A stretch of 64,000 nt of DNA from Octopus sinensis (GCF_006345805.1 NC_043006.1:16616001-16680000); one strand, 5' to 3'; counted from the first letter of the stretch, positions 13,811 through 27,315 are shown. The notes: generated by a model not told the origin, from the letters alone. Made by a program: numbers and translations.

Positions 13811-14452
13811 TATATACACCTGTGTGTGTATATATGTATTAGAGAGAGTATCAAGTTTATGTTTGTGGTCTCTGAGAAATGGTATTAATTATCATTATGC
13901 CCGGTAGCTTAGCAGTTCGACAATAGCTTTGAGTAAATTAAATGTCAAACTCAGCTCAGCAATAAATAATAGAATCGATATGGTGCCCCAGCATGGCCGC
14001 AGTAGAAAGACAAATCATAAAAATATCATGAACACACACACATGCATACATGCATACATACAAACAAACAAACAAAACCACCCTGTTGTTGGTGTTGAAA
14101 TTCCAATGAAGGAGCCTTGGATCTAGATTAGAAACCGGTTCTTTCTCTATTGGCAAGAAATCTTGATATAAACTGAATAAGGACATACATACAAATTAGA
14201 AAGAAATCTTGAAATAAACTAAATAATGACATACATACATACATATATATATATATGTACATGTGTGTGTATGTGTATATAAAGCCCGAAGATTGCGTGA
14301 GAGCACCAGACGTGTTTAAAAAAGTGTTCTCTGAGCTGCTTTCATCGCATGAGACTTATAATTGCTCATGAAAATATATATTGTCTTTATTAAATGATAT
14401 TATCTCTCACCAGACGGAGTACTTATTTTGTTGATCATCACGGAACAGTACA

Positions 14453-14506
<54 letters not shown>

Positions 14507-16979
14507 ACGTACATACATACATACATACATACATACATACATACATACACTGAAACTGAGAATTTGTCTCGTGACTTGAGTTTCACGTCACCGCGATCAT
14601 CTGGCGAGCTTTCTATTGTTTTTAATCGCCAGAAAGTTACAAAAGAAACTCATGGCTGAGTGCTTCGTGCATAGTACTTATAAAACTATGCACTAAACTC
14701 CCAGTTTTCAAGTCACTTTTGCAATAGTCTGCCGATTAAAGTAACAAAAAACACATATTTACTCACGTATTGATTTCTGTCTGTCTTATTTGTCTTGCCA
14801 ACACACACATACACACACACAAGTTCATTGAATAAGGTCATCTAAAAACCAAGGGCTGAACGCAGTTGTTGAAAGCCTATGATCGTACGCCTGCTCACTC
14901 AGCGCTACCCTTGGCTAAACAAAAACAAAACACACTTCCATGCAACGAACACTCAATTGATTTTATTTACAGGATGTGGTTTAATAAAACTGTATAACTT
15001 TCATAATTGCGCTGATTTTTTTTATACACTCACATACACACACGTACACACACATACACAAACACACACATTTATGTTTGTATGTGTGTATGTATGTATG
15101 TATGTATACGTGGCTGAGGTTACAGACAAAAGATTAGATTTCACAGCCATTTCAAGGGTTACTTTTCATCTTATTTCACAAGTGTTGTCTATATAGAAAG
15201 TCTAGTAATCCGAAACTTCGTAGTCACTGTCAACCATTTCTTAAAAAAAATAAATAAATATGTCTGCTACTGTAAAGTATTGAGCATACGTAAATAAAAT
15301 CATAAGCCTTCATTGTATAGTGACTAATATAAAATAGTCTAATATCAGAGCCTATAAGCTCCCGTAACAGGAAAAAATGGGTATTAGTACGTATGAGAAT
15401 CGAATCCACACGTCTTATGGTGTGGGTTCGATTCCCATGCGTACCATTTGTTTCCCGTTAAAGGGGGCTTATATTGGACTATTCTCTATAATTTATTTAT
15501 GGCAGAAGCTCATAATTCCATTAACAAAATTTCTATCGCAACCGTTTCCTAATTCACGCAGAAATCGCACATATTTACATTTATATATAATGTCGTCTGT
15601 TTGCAAATATAAGACTACATGACGTAAAGGGGAAATTCGACTGCTATAACTAGTACATCGAGCGTCCACTCAAAAATATCCAGGCAATGGCTCGAATTAA
15701 ATTTTAATGTTGTAAAAAAAAACCTCGAGGAAAAGATGTGATTTATGAGAAAGCTGAATTGTTTGCATGTTTACCAAACCCTGACATATTTGCTAGTAAA
15801 AGTTTTCGGTGTTAAGAAGAGTGTTTACAAAAACTACGGTACATCTGTTGCATTATGTAAATATATACATTGAAGATAAGACTGAAACCTGTAAAGGAAA
15901 GGTGTAAAACTGTGTTATAACGCCACAAGAGTATGGTTTACATTGCTTTTTTTTTTATGTTGAATAAATTATTTTCTCCATCAATCATTTGACTCGTTTC
16001 GTTTGGTTTACATTGGCAAAATATTCTGAATTGTAGGACAGAAAATAACATAGCTAAAATCATTTAATGATTCCGCCATAGCGGAACCAACAACTAGCTC
16101 TTAAGACTCAATATCTTACCTATAATAAAACGCAATGTGTATCTCTTATTTATATATTACTGTATTAATTAGGTACCGCCGGCGAGGAGGTGTGAATTGT
16201 TAGAGACTTTCCGCTTCGAGATTAAAGGAATAGGGTTTACGTAATCGCTTTCATTAGCCTACAGTTGTTTTCGCAATAAGAACTCAGAACTGAGTGCCAG
16301 CGCGACATCTTATAGCTTCCTCAGAGTCATTTTAATGAAGAGACTTCCTTCAAATGGCTCTGAGGAAGCTACAAGATATTGTACTGACACTCATCTCTGG
16401 GCCTTCGCTTAGCAGAAACAGCTATAACTTAACTAGAGTGATTACATAAAGCTTGTTCTTGTTTCGTTAATTCATTAATTAATGTGACTTAAATTAAGAA
16501 GTCATTTGCAGATAATCGAACAAGCTCAGCTGGGCGTTGGACTAATGAGACTGGGTTTCGTCATACTGATGTGGTTCTGTTTTGTTCTGGAAATTGATAC
16601 TAATCGAAATTTCTCTTGTCCTTCTTAGTGTTAGTGATTAAAAAAAAAGAAAGCAGGTTTCGGTGACTTATATACATATTGCTGCACAACCCATCAGTAT
16701 AATAAAATATTGTCACAAGCAGTGTACAATGTCTGTTAAAAGACTCAGTCGAGCGATTCAATGAATTCGTCGAGATTTTCATTTTAGCTTTAATGACTCA
16801 CTAAATTTTTATCTATCAATTATACTCTATTTTATTAAATTATATTTCGTTAGTTTCTATTGTCAATAAACGGTGAAGGCTTATAATTCTATTTACAAAA
16901 TTTCACCCAAGCCCTTAGTGTGTGATTGTGTGAAGAAACTTTCGGTGGGGAGATTTCATTGAAAATTTATTCCTCAGAC

Positions 16980-17394
16980 AGGAGTGGCTGTGTGGTAAGT
17001 AGCCTGCTTACAAATCACATGGTTCCCAGTTCAGTCCCACTGCGTGGCACCTTGGGCAAGTGTCTTCTACTATAGCCTCGGGCCGACCAAAGCCTTGTGA
17101 GTGGATTTGGTAGACAGAAACTGAAAGAAGCCCGTCGTCGTATATGTGTGTGTGTGTGTGTGTCTGTGTGTGTGTGTCTGTGTGTGTGTGTCTGTGTTTG
17201 TCCCCCCAACATCGCTTGACAACCGATGCTGGTGTGTTTACGTCCCCGTAACTTAGCAGTTCGGCAAAAAGAGACCGATACAATAAGTACTAGGCTTACA
17301 AAGAACAAGTCCTGAGGTCGATTTGCTCGACTAAAGGCGGTGCTCCAGCCTGGCCACAGTCAAATGACTGAAACAAGTATAAAAGAGTAAAAGA
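16980..17394 (+). mobile_element. SINE family B (tRNA head, CORE-like CCTTGGGCAAGTG, internal (GT)n), full length
   Basis: A box TGGCTGTGTGGT, B-box-like GTTCAGTCCC, internal microsatellite, tail GGTGCTCCAGC.TGGCC.CAGTCAAATGACTGAAACAAGTA. Many partial copies in the window. Confidence 0.9.
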
Positions 17395-17692
17395 GCAAGG
17401 CACGTAAAATCGGGGAGCAAACCCCTACAAAATATAAAAAAAACTCTGTGATTCTAACCGGGTACAGACCTGTGTCTCATGAATTTACTATTCTATATCT
17501 CACACGAGCAATCTCTGCGTTTCAGAAAACAAAAAAAAAAAAACATAAAAAGAGTAGAGAAATAGAGGATATTGTCAAAAAGGATTAGTCACGGTTTTAT
17601 TTTAATATATTAAACTATTTGTGTGTATTTAAGAATAGAAAACTCATCCTCCGACTTACATGTAAGTCGGGTTTCTGTATTAACACATTCAA

Positions 17693-17727
<35 letters not shown>

Positions 17728-17921
17728 ATGATAAATGAAGCTGGAAGTCTACAAACGGCTACTTACTCAATTTTAATCTACTTAGGCCATTAATCAGGAA
17801 AATTTGGTCCGATCTACTGGACTCTGACTAATTGTCTTTCTTTTAATATCTAATTACCAAAAATGAGTGATTTAACCCCCCCCCTCCCAAAAACACACAC
17901 ACACACACACACATGCATATT

Positions 17922-17958
<37 letters not shown>

Positions 17959-18079
17959 CTTCTGATGTTCTGGTTAGAGGTACACAAGAGAATATCGTTT
18001 AACCATTTTTATGTTCAGCCGTTTGCTTTTCTAATGACTAATGTAATATGCGTGTGAAGCTCGTGTGTATGTATAATAT

Positions 18080-18183
18080 ATTATGTATATATACATTCAT
18101 ATATACACATACATACATACATACATACATACATACATACAAACATATATGAATATATATATATATATTAATATATATGTATG

Positions 18184-18258
<75 letters not shown>

Positions 18259-18320
18259 AATATATATTTGTATGTATATATATGTATATATATATATATT
18301 ATGTATGTATATATATATGG

Positions 18321-18352
<32 letters not shown>

Positions 18353-18515
18353 GGTATGTATATATATATATATTATATATATATATATACATATATATAT
18401 ACAATGCATATATATATATGTATACACATATACATAATATATATATATATATATATCAAACATATAAACAAACATACATATACATATATATATATCAATC
18501 ATATAAATATATAGA
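18080..18515. repeat. Long degenerate (TA)n/(CATA)n microsatellite, representative of many such tracts (e.g. 9930-10330, 11915-12340, 23645-24140, 43670-44075, 61660-62110)
   Basis: Directly visible. Confidence 0.95.
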
Positions 18516-19939
18516 GAGATAGATGCAAATTGTGAACCTTTAAAAGCCATTTAAGTTCTAATTTTATGTATGTATGTATGTATGTATGTATAGTACTGGA
18601 GTTTATTTGTTTGACTAAAATCCTTCAAGCCGGTGCCCCAGTTTGGCCGCTATTCAATGGCTGAAATAAGTAAAAGATAAACGATAAAAGATATTGTCAA
18701 AATTCGTGAATATTGAAATGAATAAGAAATCATTTCGGTATGTGTGTGTGTGTTGGTTCACTTGTTTCGTTTGGTTGTCTTTGTCTGTTGTTTATTTTCA
18801 CAGGTTTCTTGCTATCTATGTTTAATTATATCATAACTGAACTAAAATAATGTCTGTTGTTTCAGCAAACTGAGAATTTCTTTGCAAAAGATAGAAGGAA
18901 TAAGAACATGTCACAATTACGAAATCCAATACAGATAAAACGAACAGATAGAGAAAGATGCGATTTCGACACTGTTGAACTAGGCTACGTGAGCTTATGC
19001 AAGAGAGACACATTCGTTTCAGATATAAATAGCAGCCTTAAAATAAATGGATTTCATATAGTGCAATGTAATCTGGAACAAGAGGATTAAGAAACTGGCC
19101 AATAAGAAATAACTTATTAAAACAACAATACTATAAAATTTACAAGCGGATTTGGATTATTTCTCGATGCTTTCGCTATGCGTCTTATTACCATTTCCTA
19201 CAAGAACAGATTATCTCGAGGTCTCTATCTCCAATAAATGTTGATCGACGTCTGCGCAGGTACCGTATGGTGGCTGCGATGTATGAATATATGCATTTAT
19301 AATATATGTACATATAAATATATATAGATATGTATTTATTTGTACGTTTATTATAACGGAGAAGTGATCTGTGAGCATTCATGCAGCAGAATCGATAAAT
19401 GTAGAGATATATGTAAAATTCTAGGAAGATTGATGTATTCTCATGGAAAAAAGAAAAGAGGTAAAATGGCTGTCATTAAACTTCTCAGGCTGAAAGTCCG
19501 GCACAGTTTCCCAAACAATAAATCTATTATACTTGTTAAATACTGAACATTCATTCGAATATATCTGCTGTTACTCTACATACATACATACATACATACA
19601 TACATACATACATACATACATACATACATACATACATACATACTTATGCCCTTGAAAGAGAAGTCCCTGAAAAACATCATAGGTCTGTTCAATCACGGCT
19701 GACCGGGGACAAAATAATATCTACATTTCCAGTCAATTATAGATCGCCTACGTTAGTGACTCTAATATTTACTGTCATTTACCCTTCATGTTAATCTATT
19801 TCGTCATTTGCCCTCTTTCTCATATGCAAAAATATGCACTAAATAATCTCTTGATATAAGCCTCCGTTACTGAATAACGCTACCTTTTAGATAGCGTGTT
19901 GCACCTGTATACGTATGTGCTTCTATGTATGTGTGTACT

Positions 19940-19977
<38 letters not shown>

Positions 19978-19993
19978 TGTGCCACATGCATGT

Positions 19994-20042
<49 letters not shown>

Positions 20043-20926
20043 CACACATATATTCACACACACATATCCACACAGATACACACATATATATATATACATA
20101 TATAGATGCATATATATGTATGTATGTATGTGTAATGAAACCAATGAACTCCGAAAGAAGACAGAATGAAATATTTCAAGACGTTAATATTTGTCTTCTT
20201 TTTTTCCTATTTTTCTCCTTTTTTTTCTTGTCTGGCTAATTGTAGTGTTTCTAAATTCCACCTTTGACTTCGACTGTAAGTTGAACTTTTTGGTTCGAGG
20301 ATAATTTCCTCAGTCATCAAGTATTTAATTTTCAGTCAAATTCCTTTTAGCAAAGAATGTACTCGTTGAAGCAATAAATGGCCAGCGTTTTAGATTCTAA
20401 TTCTGAAATCAGTAATCAACTATAGGATAGGAAACTCCAAGTCTAAATTACCAGAGACACTCAAACTTTGATACATAATCACCAATTTCACCTGTTTCAC
20501 CAATCTTTTGACAATTGACTTAAAACACAACACTTGGCATTAGACTCTATGGAAGTGTAGTTATGCAACAACTAATTGTACTTCAAATATTACCTCCTTG
20601 CTTACGCTTAGATTAATTGAATTAATAGTAATTGAAATCATGTTATCCTCTATATTAATTCGTTTCTCTACGTTTGAAACCAAAGTTAGAGATAAAGTCA
20701 TTTCCTTGCTGCACAAGAAAGACGGTTTAGATTTAGTTAAAATAGGGAAATTTAATTTCAGCTTATTTATTTGATGTTTGAAGAAGCGCTATATTGTCTA
20801 GGGAATCAAGGCAGTAAGTCTCGATGTTTTGATTTGGTGGTGCAGTGGAGATTAATCAAATATATTTCTGGGTACATTTCATATAGATAGTTAAATACAC
20901 ACACACATACACACACATACACACTT

Positions 20927-21060
20927 CAAATTTACAGAAAACAAAAGACAAAGACAGGTGAAGAAACCACAAGCCGGTGTATTAGTTTGACGCTCGGAAA
21001 GAATGGAAAAGTCTTTGACGTTTCGAGCCTATGCTCTTCAACAGAAAGGATTGAAAGGGA
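20927..21060 (-). mobile_element. Penelope-pLTR / retrozyme-like short repeat with a hammerhead-like motif (21013-21048)
   Basis: Homologous to 51440-51565(+), 60850-60985(+), 35745-35845(-) and, more distantly, 29200-29345(-). Confidence 0.65.
21013..21048 (-). ncRNA. Minimal type I hammerhead-ribozyme-like motif (variant core)
   Basis: Minus strand: CUUU-CUGUUGA-A-GAGC(AUAG)GCUC-GAAAC-GUC^AAAG. Structure inferred; activity untested. Confidence 0.5.
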
Positions 21061-21157
21061 AAAAAAATGGAGAAAGAACGAAAAAAAAAAAAAACAGAAA
21101 GAGAAAAAAAAACATTCATACATGCATATATAAATACGTACGTATGTATGTACGTAA

Positions 21158-21460
21158 GTGATCATGTGACCGACAAGGCTATCAGATGTTGCTACACATC
21201 GCTGGTCACAATGCGCTTCGCATTGTTTTAGCCTTCAAATGACGCCACCCCGCTGGCTAAGCGAGCAGGCCAACAGAAGAAAGAGTGAGAGAAAGTTGTG
21301 GCGAAAGGGTATCGCAGGGATCGCCACCACTCTCTGCCGGGGCCTCGTGGGGCTTAGGTGTTTTCGCTGAATAAACACTCACAATGCCCGGTCTGGGAAT
21401 CGAAACCGCAATCCTACGACCGCGAGTCCGCTGCCCTAACCACTGGGCCATTGCGCCTCC
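21158..21460 (-). mobile_element. SINE family C (tRNA-derived head), full length
   Basis: On minus: GGAGGCGCAATGGCCCAGTGGTTAGGGCAGCGGACTCGCGGTC...GGTTTCGATTCCC (A and B boxes). Tail fragments also occur at 2563-2676, 45820-45925 and 47434-47537. Confidence 0.85.
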
Positions 21461-22164
21461 GCGTACGCACATAACTATGTATGTATGTATGGTTGGTTTC
21501 TTTTCCTGAAAACCCTAGTTTTTGCAGATTGTATGTATGTATGTATGTATGTATGTATGTATGTATGTATGTATGTGTGTATGCATGCGTTTTGTGCGCA
21601 AGTTGTAAAACATGCGTGCGCACACAAACTAAAAGCTCGGAGGAACATTGCACAGGAGTTTCCCGTTGGTTGAGTTTAGGTGAGCGCAGTGCAGGAGCAA
21701 AAGATAGCTCCCCAAATAGTCAAATAGGTCACAACACTTTAGCGAAACGTGTTATGCTTTCAGCCGGGTATAAAAGCAATATAAAAAGAAATTTAAAAAA
21801 TAAATAAAAGTCTAGAATAAACCACCACCCCACCCCTGGAGATAAGATAATAGCAATACGTTCTACGATGCTAATTAACAAGTCGAAAGAATGTTAGCTG
21901 GAAAAGTGGGAATGTTTTAGAGAGCGAAAGGAAAAGAGTGAGAGTGAGAGAGAGAGAGAGAGAGGGGGGAGATGTGGGAGTTTGTTTATTGAAATCAATG
22001 CTTACATTAAAAACACTTGGGTCGTGGAAAAGAATGGCGAATATTAAGGATGTGGCATTTTAGTTTTACTGAGGTGGGAATATTTTTCTAATATACTTCT
22101 AATATACAGAAGTAGATACGACACAGGTGTCCGTTTCGCTCCACAAACAGACCCTTAGATCGCG

Positions 22165-22201
<37 letters not shown>

Positions 22202-22263
22202 GCATGCACACGCACAGCATGACAGAGCGAGAAAAAAGCAAGTTGATTGTAGAAACCGAGATT

Positions 22264-23015
22264 TATAGGGTGTCGTCAGAAAGTGTATGCACAGCTTGAG
22301 AGCTGATTATTCGCTCAATATTCATTTCTATTTTCATTTTACCCATTAGAAATAATGAAAGGAAACCAGATTTAAGTTTTTAACGAAGGAAATTTGTCCT
22401 AAAATGCTAGTATTATGACCCCCTTCGGTCAGACACTGACCATGGGTTTGCACCTAGAGAGTTACTCTCTGAGGCACAAGTCTGGGCAAGGTTGTTTCAT
22501 GGAAGACCAGCAGTCGCCCATGCATACCGGCCTCCACTCTCCACGTCACCGATGTTGTCCAAGGGAAAGGCAAAGGGGCCGATACAGCTTGGCACCTGTG
22601 ACGTCGCAACTCATTTCTACAGCTGAGTGAACTGGAGCAACGTGAAATAAAGTGTCTTGCTCAAGTTTGAAAATGTAGTCAAAGTGCAAAGACAATTTAG
22701 AAGGGAGTCTTTCAAACATCCACCTAGGCGACTTACAATCACGCGAATTAGAGATAACTTTGAAGCCGATGGAAGAAATGTTCCGGGAGACAGACAAGAT
22801 CTACGAGCCGCACAAAGCAAGGCAGTGTACTAGAAACACATTAGCAGAGTTCAAAAATATCTGAGATAGGAATTTCAAAATAAAGCGTCCATCGATTTTG
22901 AAGCACCATCATTGAAAAAGTTGGAATAGTCTATGCTCTAAATGAAGATGATTCGGACCGAAAAGTGAAGATTTTAACGAGTGGTATTCTTCAATATGTT
23001 TTGAAAATGCACACT
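22264..23015 (+). mobile_element. Degenerate mariner-superfamily element (5' TIR plus N-terminal HTH of a rosa/DD41D-like transposase) interrupted by a SINE
   Basis: TA followed by (C>T)AGGGTG at 22264-22272. The peptide ...KFVLKCY ends at ~22409 and resumes at ~22663 as KFENVVKVQRQFRRESFKHPPRRLTITRIRDNFEADG, typical of DUF4817-type transposase N-termini. The 3' boundary is approximate. Confidence 0.7.
22417..22665 (-). mobile_element. SINE family D (CORE-like domain), 5'-truncated
   Basis: Matches 45175-45425; on minus CTTGAGCAAGACACTTTATTTCACGTTGCTCCAGTTCACTCAGCTG. Confidence 0.85.
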
Positions 23016-23205
23016 TATTTCTTTATTGCACACAAGGGGCTAAACATAGAGAACAAACAAGGACAGACAGAGGGATTATGTCGATTACATCGACCCCAGT
23101 GCGTAACTGGTACTTAATTTATCTACCCCGAAAGGATGAAAGGCAAAGTCGACCTCAGAGGAATTTGAACTCAGAACGTAACGGCAGACGAAATACGGCT
23201 ACGCA
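23016..23205 (-). mobile_element. SINE family A, 5'-truncated
   Basis: Matches the family A core and tail. Confidence 0.85.
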
Positions 23206-23686
23206 GAGAAATTCGGAGTAGAAATCTGCGAAGCTTCAGTTTCCCAGTAAAATACAAAATATGACTCTACATTCAGTATTGAGTACTCTAGTGTTTCTTC
23301 TTCGTTCACACTTCAGTGCTTACTTATATATATATATGTGCATGATTGCGTGCGCACGTGCCTGTGTGTGCTCGCGCGTGCATGAGACAGAGGATGAGAT
23401 GCATAAGCACATGTTGTATTGCGTGATCATAAGCAATTTTCGTATATTTAATACTGCAGAGCGCTGACAGACAGATTTAGCCGCACTCTCGTATTACATA
23501 ATCTCCACTTAGAAATCTCATACTAATCTCATAAAATCTGGTAGGTCCAAAACTCACCCGGCTTTCTCTTATTACTGACCATAGTAATCAGTTCCACTAA
23601 ATCTTACAGTCGGCAGTCTATAATTTGTGACCTTGATCAAGCCATATACATACATACATACATACATACATGCATACATACATACA

Positions 23687-23724
<38 letters not shown>

Positions 23725-23741
23725 TACATGCATATATATAT

Positions 23742-23772
<31 letters not shown>

Positions 23773-23973
23773 CATACATATATATATAATACATACATGT
23801 ATATATATATATACACATATATATATACATACATATATATATATACATACATATATATATACATAATATATAATATCATACATATATATATATACATATA
23901 TTATATAAACATACATATATATACATATATATACATTATTATATTACATATATTTTATATACTATATATATAT

Positions 23974-24005
<32 letters not shown>

Positions 24006-24030
24006 ACATATAGCATATATATTATTTATA

Positions 24031-24073
<43 letters not shown>

Positions 24074-24645
24074 CATTCATGTGGTGCATGATATATATAA
24101 TAAGCACACACACACCACATATATATATATTGCATACATGAGAGATATGAAGCTTCAACTAATAGTCTTTCTTAGAAATGTATTGTTTCATTTTGTTATT
24201 TATGATGATGATGATGATGATGATGATGTTGTTGTTGTTGTCGTCGTTGTTGTTGTTGTTAAATATGCACGACCAGGATAATTTGTGCAAAGATGGAGGG
24301 AGTGAATGGAATTATTGTGCGCAGGGATCGGCTGCTAGTCACCTCGGAGACGATTTCGCCATAAGGTTGACAGAAACATGCACAGAACGAATACAAGCGA
24401 AACAGTTGTAGTCGACATCAGTGAAAAATTTATGTTTGTAGGGCTATTACATGATGTAGAATCAAATATTCGTTAAAGGTGGAAAACTAAGAAGCACAGA
24501 ATTTCAGAAATTCAGAAATGACAAGTAGGTTAGTGGGAAATTTACGACACTAAAGCTGTAACCGGAATTTGCAAACTGGCAAATTTGTTTTCTAGAGAAG
24601 AAAGAAGAAAATCTCCATGGACACCCTCCAACACACACACACACA

Positions 24646-24676
<31 letters not shown>

Positions 24677-24984
24677 CACATCACACACACATACACAGGC
24701 ATACACATATAACATACATACATATATGTACGCGTACTCGTTTAGCATTAATAACGCATAGCGCTCTTTCCGAAGACATTGCCTCTTCGTGAATATTCCT
24801 TTTTAAATTAATTATCATAACATTAACGGTTAATTAGATCTTAAAATAATTATATCATCTTAATCAACATCTCATTCAACAATTGCAAAGATACAGTCAT
24901 TTTGTTTTGCTTTTTTTTTTACGTGTGATGTGACATGACTGTGATGTTATTCAGCATGTTTGCATTTTTATGTATAAATATTCA

Positions 24985-25715
24985 TTTCTACTCTAGGCAC
25001 TAGGCCCGAAATTTAGTGGGGGTGGAAGGCCAGTCGATTACATCGACCTCAGTACGCAACTGGTACTTAGTTTTTTCGATCCCGAAAGGATGAAAGGCAA
25101 AGTCGACCTCGGCAGAATTTGGACTCAGAACGTAAAGACAGGCTAAATACCTGTTTCTTTACTACCCACAAGGGGCTAAACATAGAGGGGACAAACAAGA
25201 ACAGACAAACGGATTAAGTCGATTAGATCGACACCAGTGCGTAACTGGTACTTAGCTTTTTCGATCCCGAAAGGATGAAAGGCAAAGTCGACTTCGGTAG
25301 AATTTGAACTCAGAACGTAAAGACAGGCGAAATACCTGTTTCTTTATTACCCACAAGGGGCTAAACATAGAGGGGACAAACAAGAACAGACAAACGGATT
25401 AAGTCGATTAGATCGACACCAGTGCGTAACTGGTACTTAGCTTTTTCGATCCCGAAAGGATGAAAGGCAAAGTCGACTTCGGTAGAATTTGAACTCAGAA
25501 CGTAAAGACAGGCGAAATACCTGTTTCTTTATTACCCACAAGGGGCTAAACATAGAGGGGACAAACAAGAACAGACAAACGGATTAAGTCTATTAGATCG
25601 ACTCCAGTGCGTAACTGGTACTTAATTTTATCGTCCCCGAAAGGATGAAAAGCAAAGTCGACCTCGGCGGAATTTGAACTCAGAACGTAAAGACAGGCGA
25701 AATACCACTAAGCAT
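24985..25715 (-). repeat. Head-to-tail array of SINE family A bodies, 185-bp period, ~4 units
   Basis: CCCGAAAGGATGAAA recurs at 25081, 25266, 25451 and 25636. Confidence 0.9.
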
Positions 25716-26699
25716 TACTTTATGTAAAAAATTATTGCAACAACTGCGAGCCAATGGAAATTTGTTCGGTTCTGTTAGTATTATTTAGGAGTAAATCAAC
25801 AAATATGTATGTATGTATGTATGTACTCTTCTATTTTTAATTATTTGAAGTCTTCATGAAAGGAGCTGGTTTCTAACAAAGATGAAAAGCTCCATCGTTG
25901 GAATGTAGATAATAAAAACAAATCATTTTAAATTCGAAAAAAGTCTTGCATATCTTTCTTGTTCCACTTATTCAGAACAGATTCGCAATGTGCCTATTAG
26001 CTGGTTGGTTTCTTTTCCTGAAGATCCCAGTTTTTGCAGATTGTCACTTAAGCATTTAGTATGTATGTATGTATGTATGTATGTATGTATGTATGTATGT
26101 ATGTATGTATGTATGATGTATGTATGTAAGCGTATAAATATATGCGCGTGAGTGTGCATGTATGTACGTATGTATTGCCAAATTATTTAGTTCTGTATCA
26201 TTAAGAGTTAATCGAAGTGTGTAAGTACGTATAAATACATACATACATACATACATTCTAATACACATTCACGTATGCATGAAAGTTATGCACTAACTTC
26301 GGTCTTTAGGGTACTCCATACAAGCAACTATTTAATGAGAATAAATAACGAGTCATAGGGGAAATAGTCTGGATTCTTATCCAACGAGGGTGCTATGTCC
26401 TAACTGAAAAGACAAAGTTGAACGCAGAATGCAGTGTGTGGGAACAAATACTGCCAAATTCCCTGAACACTCAAGTCTTAGTCAAAATCTATCTACCGTC
26501 ATTTGCGGTTTCTAACCACCTAACATCACTCATAAGGCTTGGTTTGAGTCGAGATTAACAAACGGGGACACTTGTTGAAGGAGTTAGCTAGTAGGATCAA
26601 ACCCCAAAGTAGCTATAACGATAATGCGCTTATTGTATATAGTGCACTATAACACGTCGGAATAGGTTAAAAAGGGGGAACAGAGAGTCGACATATAAG

Positions 26700-27300
26700 T
26701 CAAGTGAAGACAATAATAAAAGCCACAAGTACATGCAGAGTATTACAAGTGAACACTAAAAGAGTCATAAAGAGGATAGAGTGTATAAGTACACCTGAGG
26801 GAAAAGGTATATAGGTACACCAGGAGCAGTGTTAGCGAATTTAGGAAAGCATGAAATTTTTGAAGAATGCATTATCCTGAGAGCAAAAACCAAATGTGAA
26901 TCGTTTATTTTATGCTTAATCAATACCTAGCGTGAATCAATTATGAATTATGAATGCTGCGCTGTTGTTTGATTTTATAGGCATGTCCACGAGTAGCAGA
27001 GGTATTGAATTCAAAATGGAGGCAAAAGCTGCTGCTGTCGATGTTGTTGGAAAGATGGCAGATAAAATTATGGGAGTCTACCGAGTTAGAGTCGAGGATT
27101 ATTTTGAAACTGGGCTTGTATACCGGATTTAGATGAATAGAAGCCCAAAGCTATTCCACTTGTAAAGGCCATCGCAAAGGAAGTCTCCTAAATGTTTGAA
27201 GTCCAAGCTTGAACGTAGACCCGGAACTGCTGAGCAGCTAAACTAAACAAATCACGGAAAACGTAACACACGATCCATGGTTGGTCATCAGGCGGACCGC
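26700..27300 (-). mobile_element. Highly decayed LINE 3' fragment (CR1/L2/Jockey group)
   Basis: GC-richer, non-microsatellite block with residual YKxQ-like and LINE 3'-UTR-like sequence on minus; many stops and frameshifts. The family call is weak. Confidence 0.4.
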
Positions 27301-27315
27301 ATTACGAAATAAAAA

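Noticed and set aside
18857-19090. 77-aa ORF behind a plausible acceptor (TGTTGTTTCAG)
   Set aside because: No upstream partner exon or homology identifiable; length is within chance expectation.
21385-21460. tRNA-like sequence
   Set aside because: It is the head of SINE family C, continuous with the SINE body and without a proper acceptor stem.
24985-25715. Regularly spaced repeats suggestive of a CRISPR array (also 38106-38185)
   Set aside because: The units repeat in full with no unique spacers, the context is eukaryotic, and there are no cas genes.
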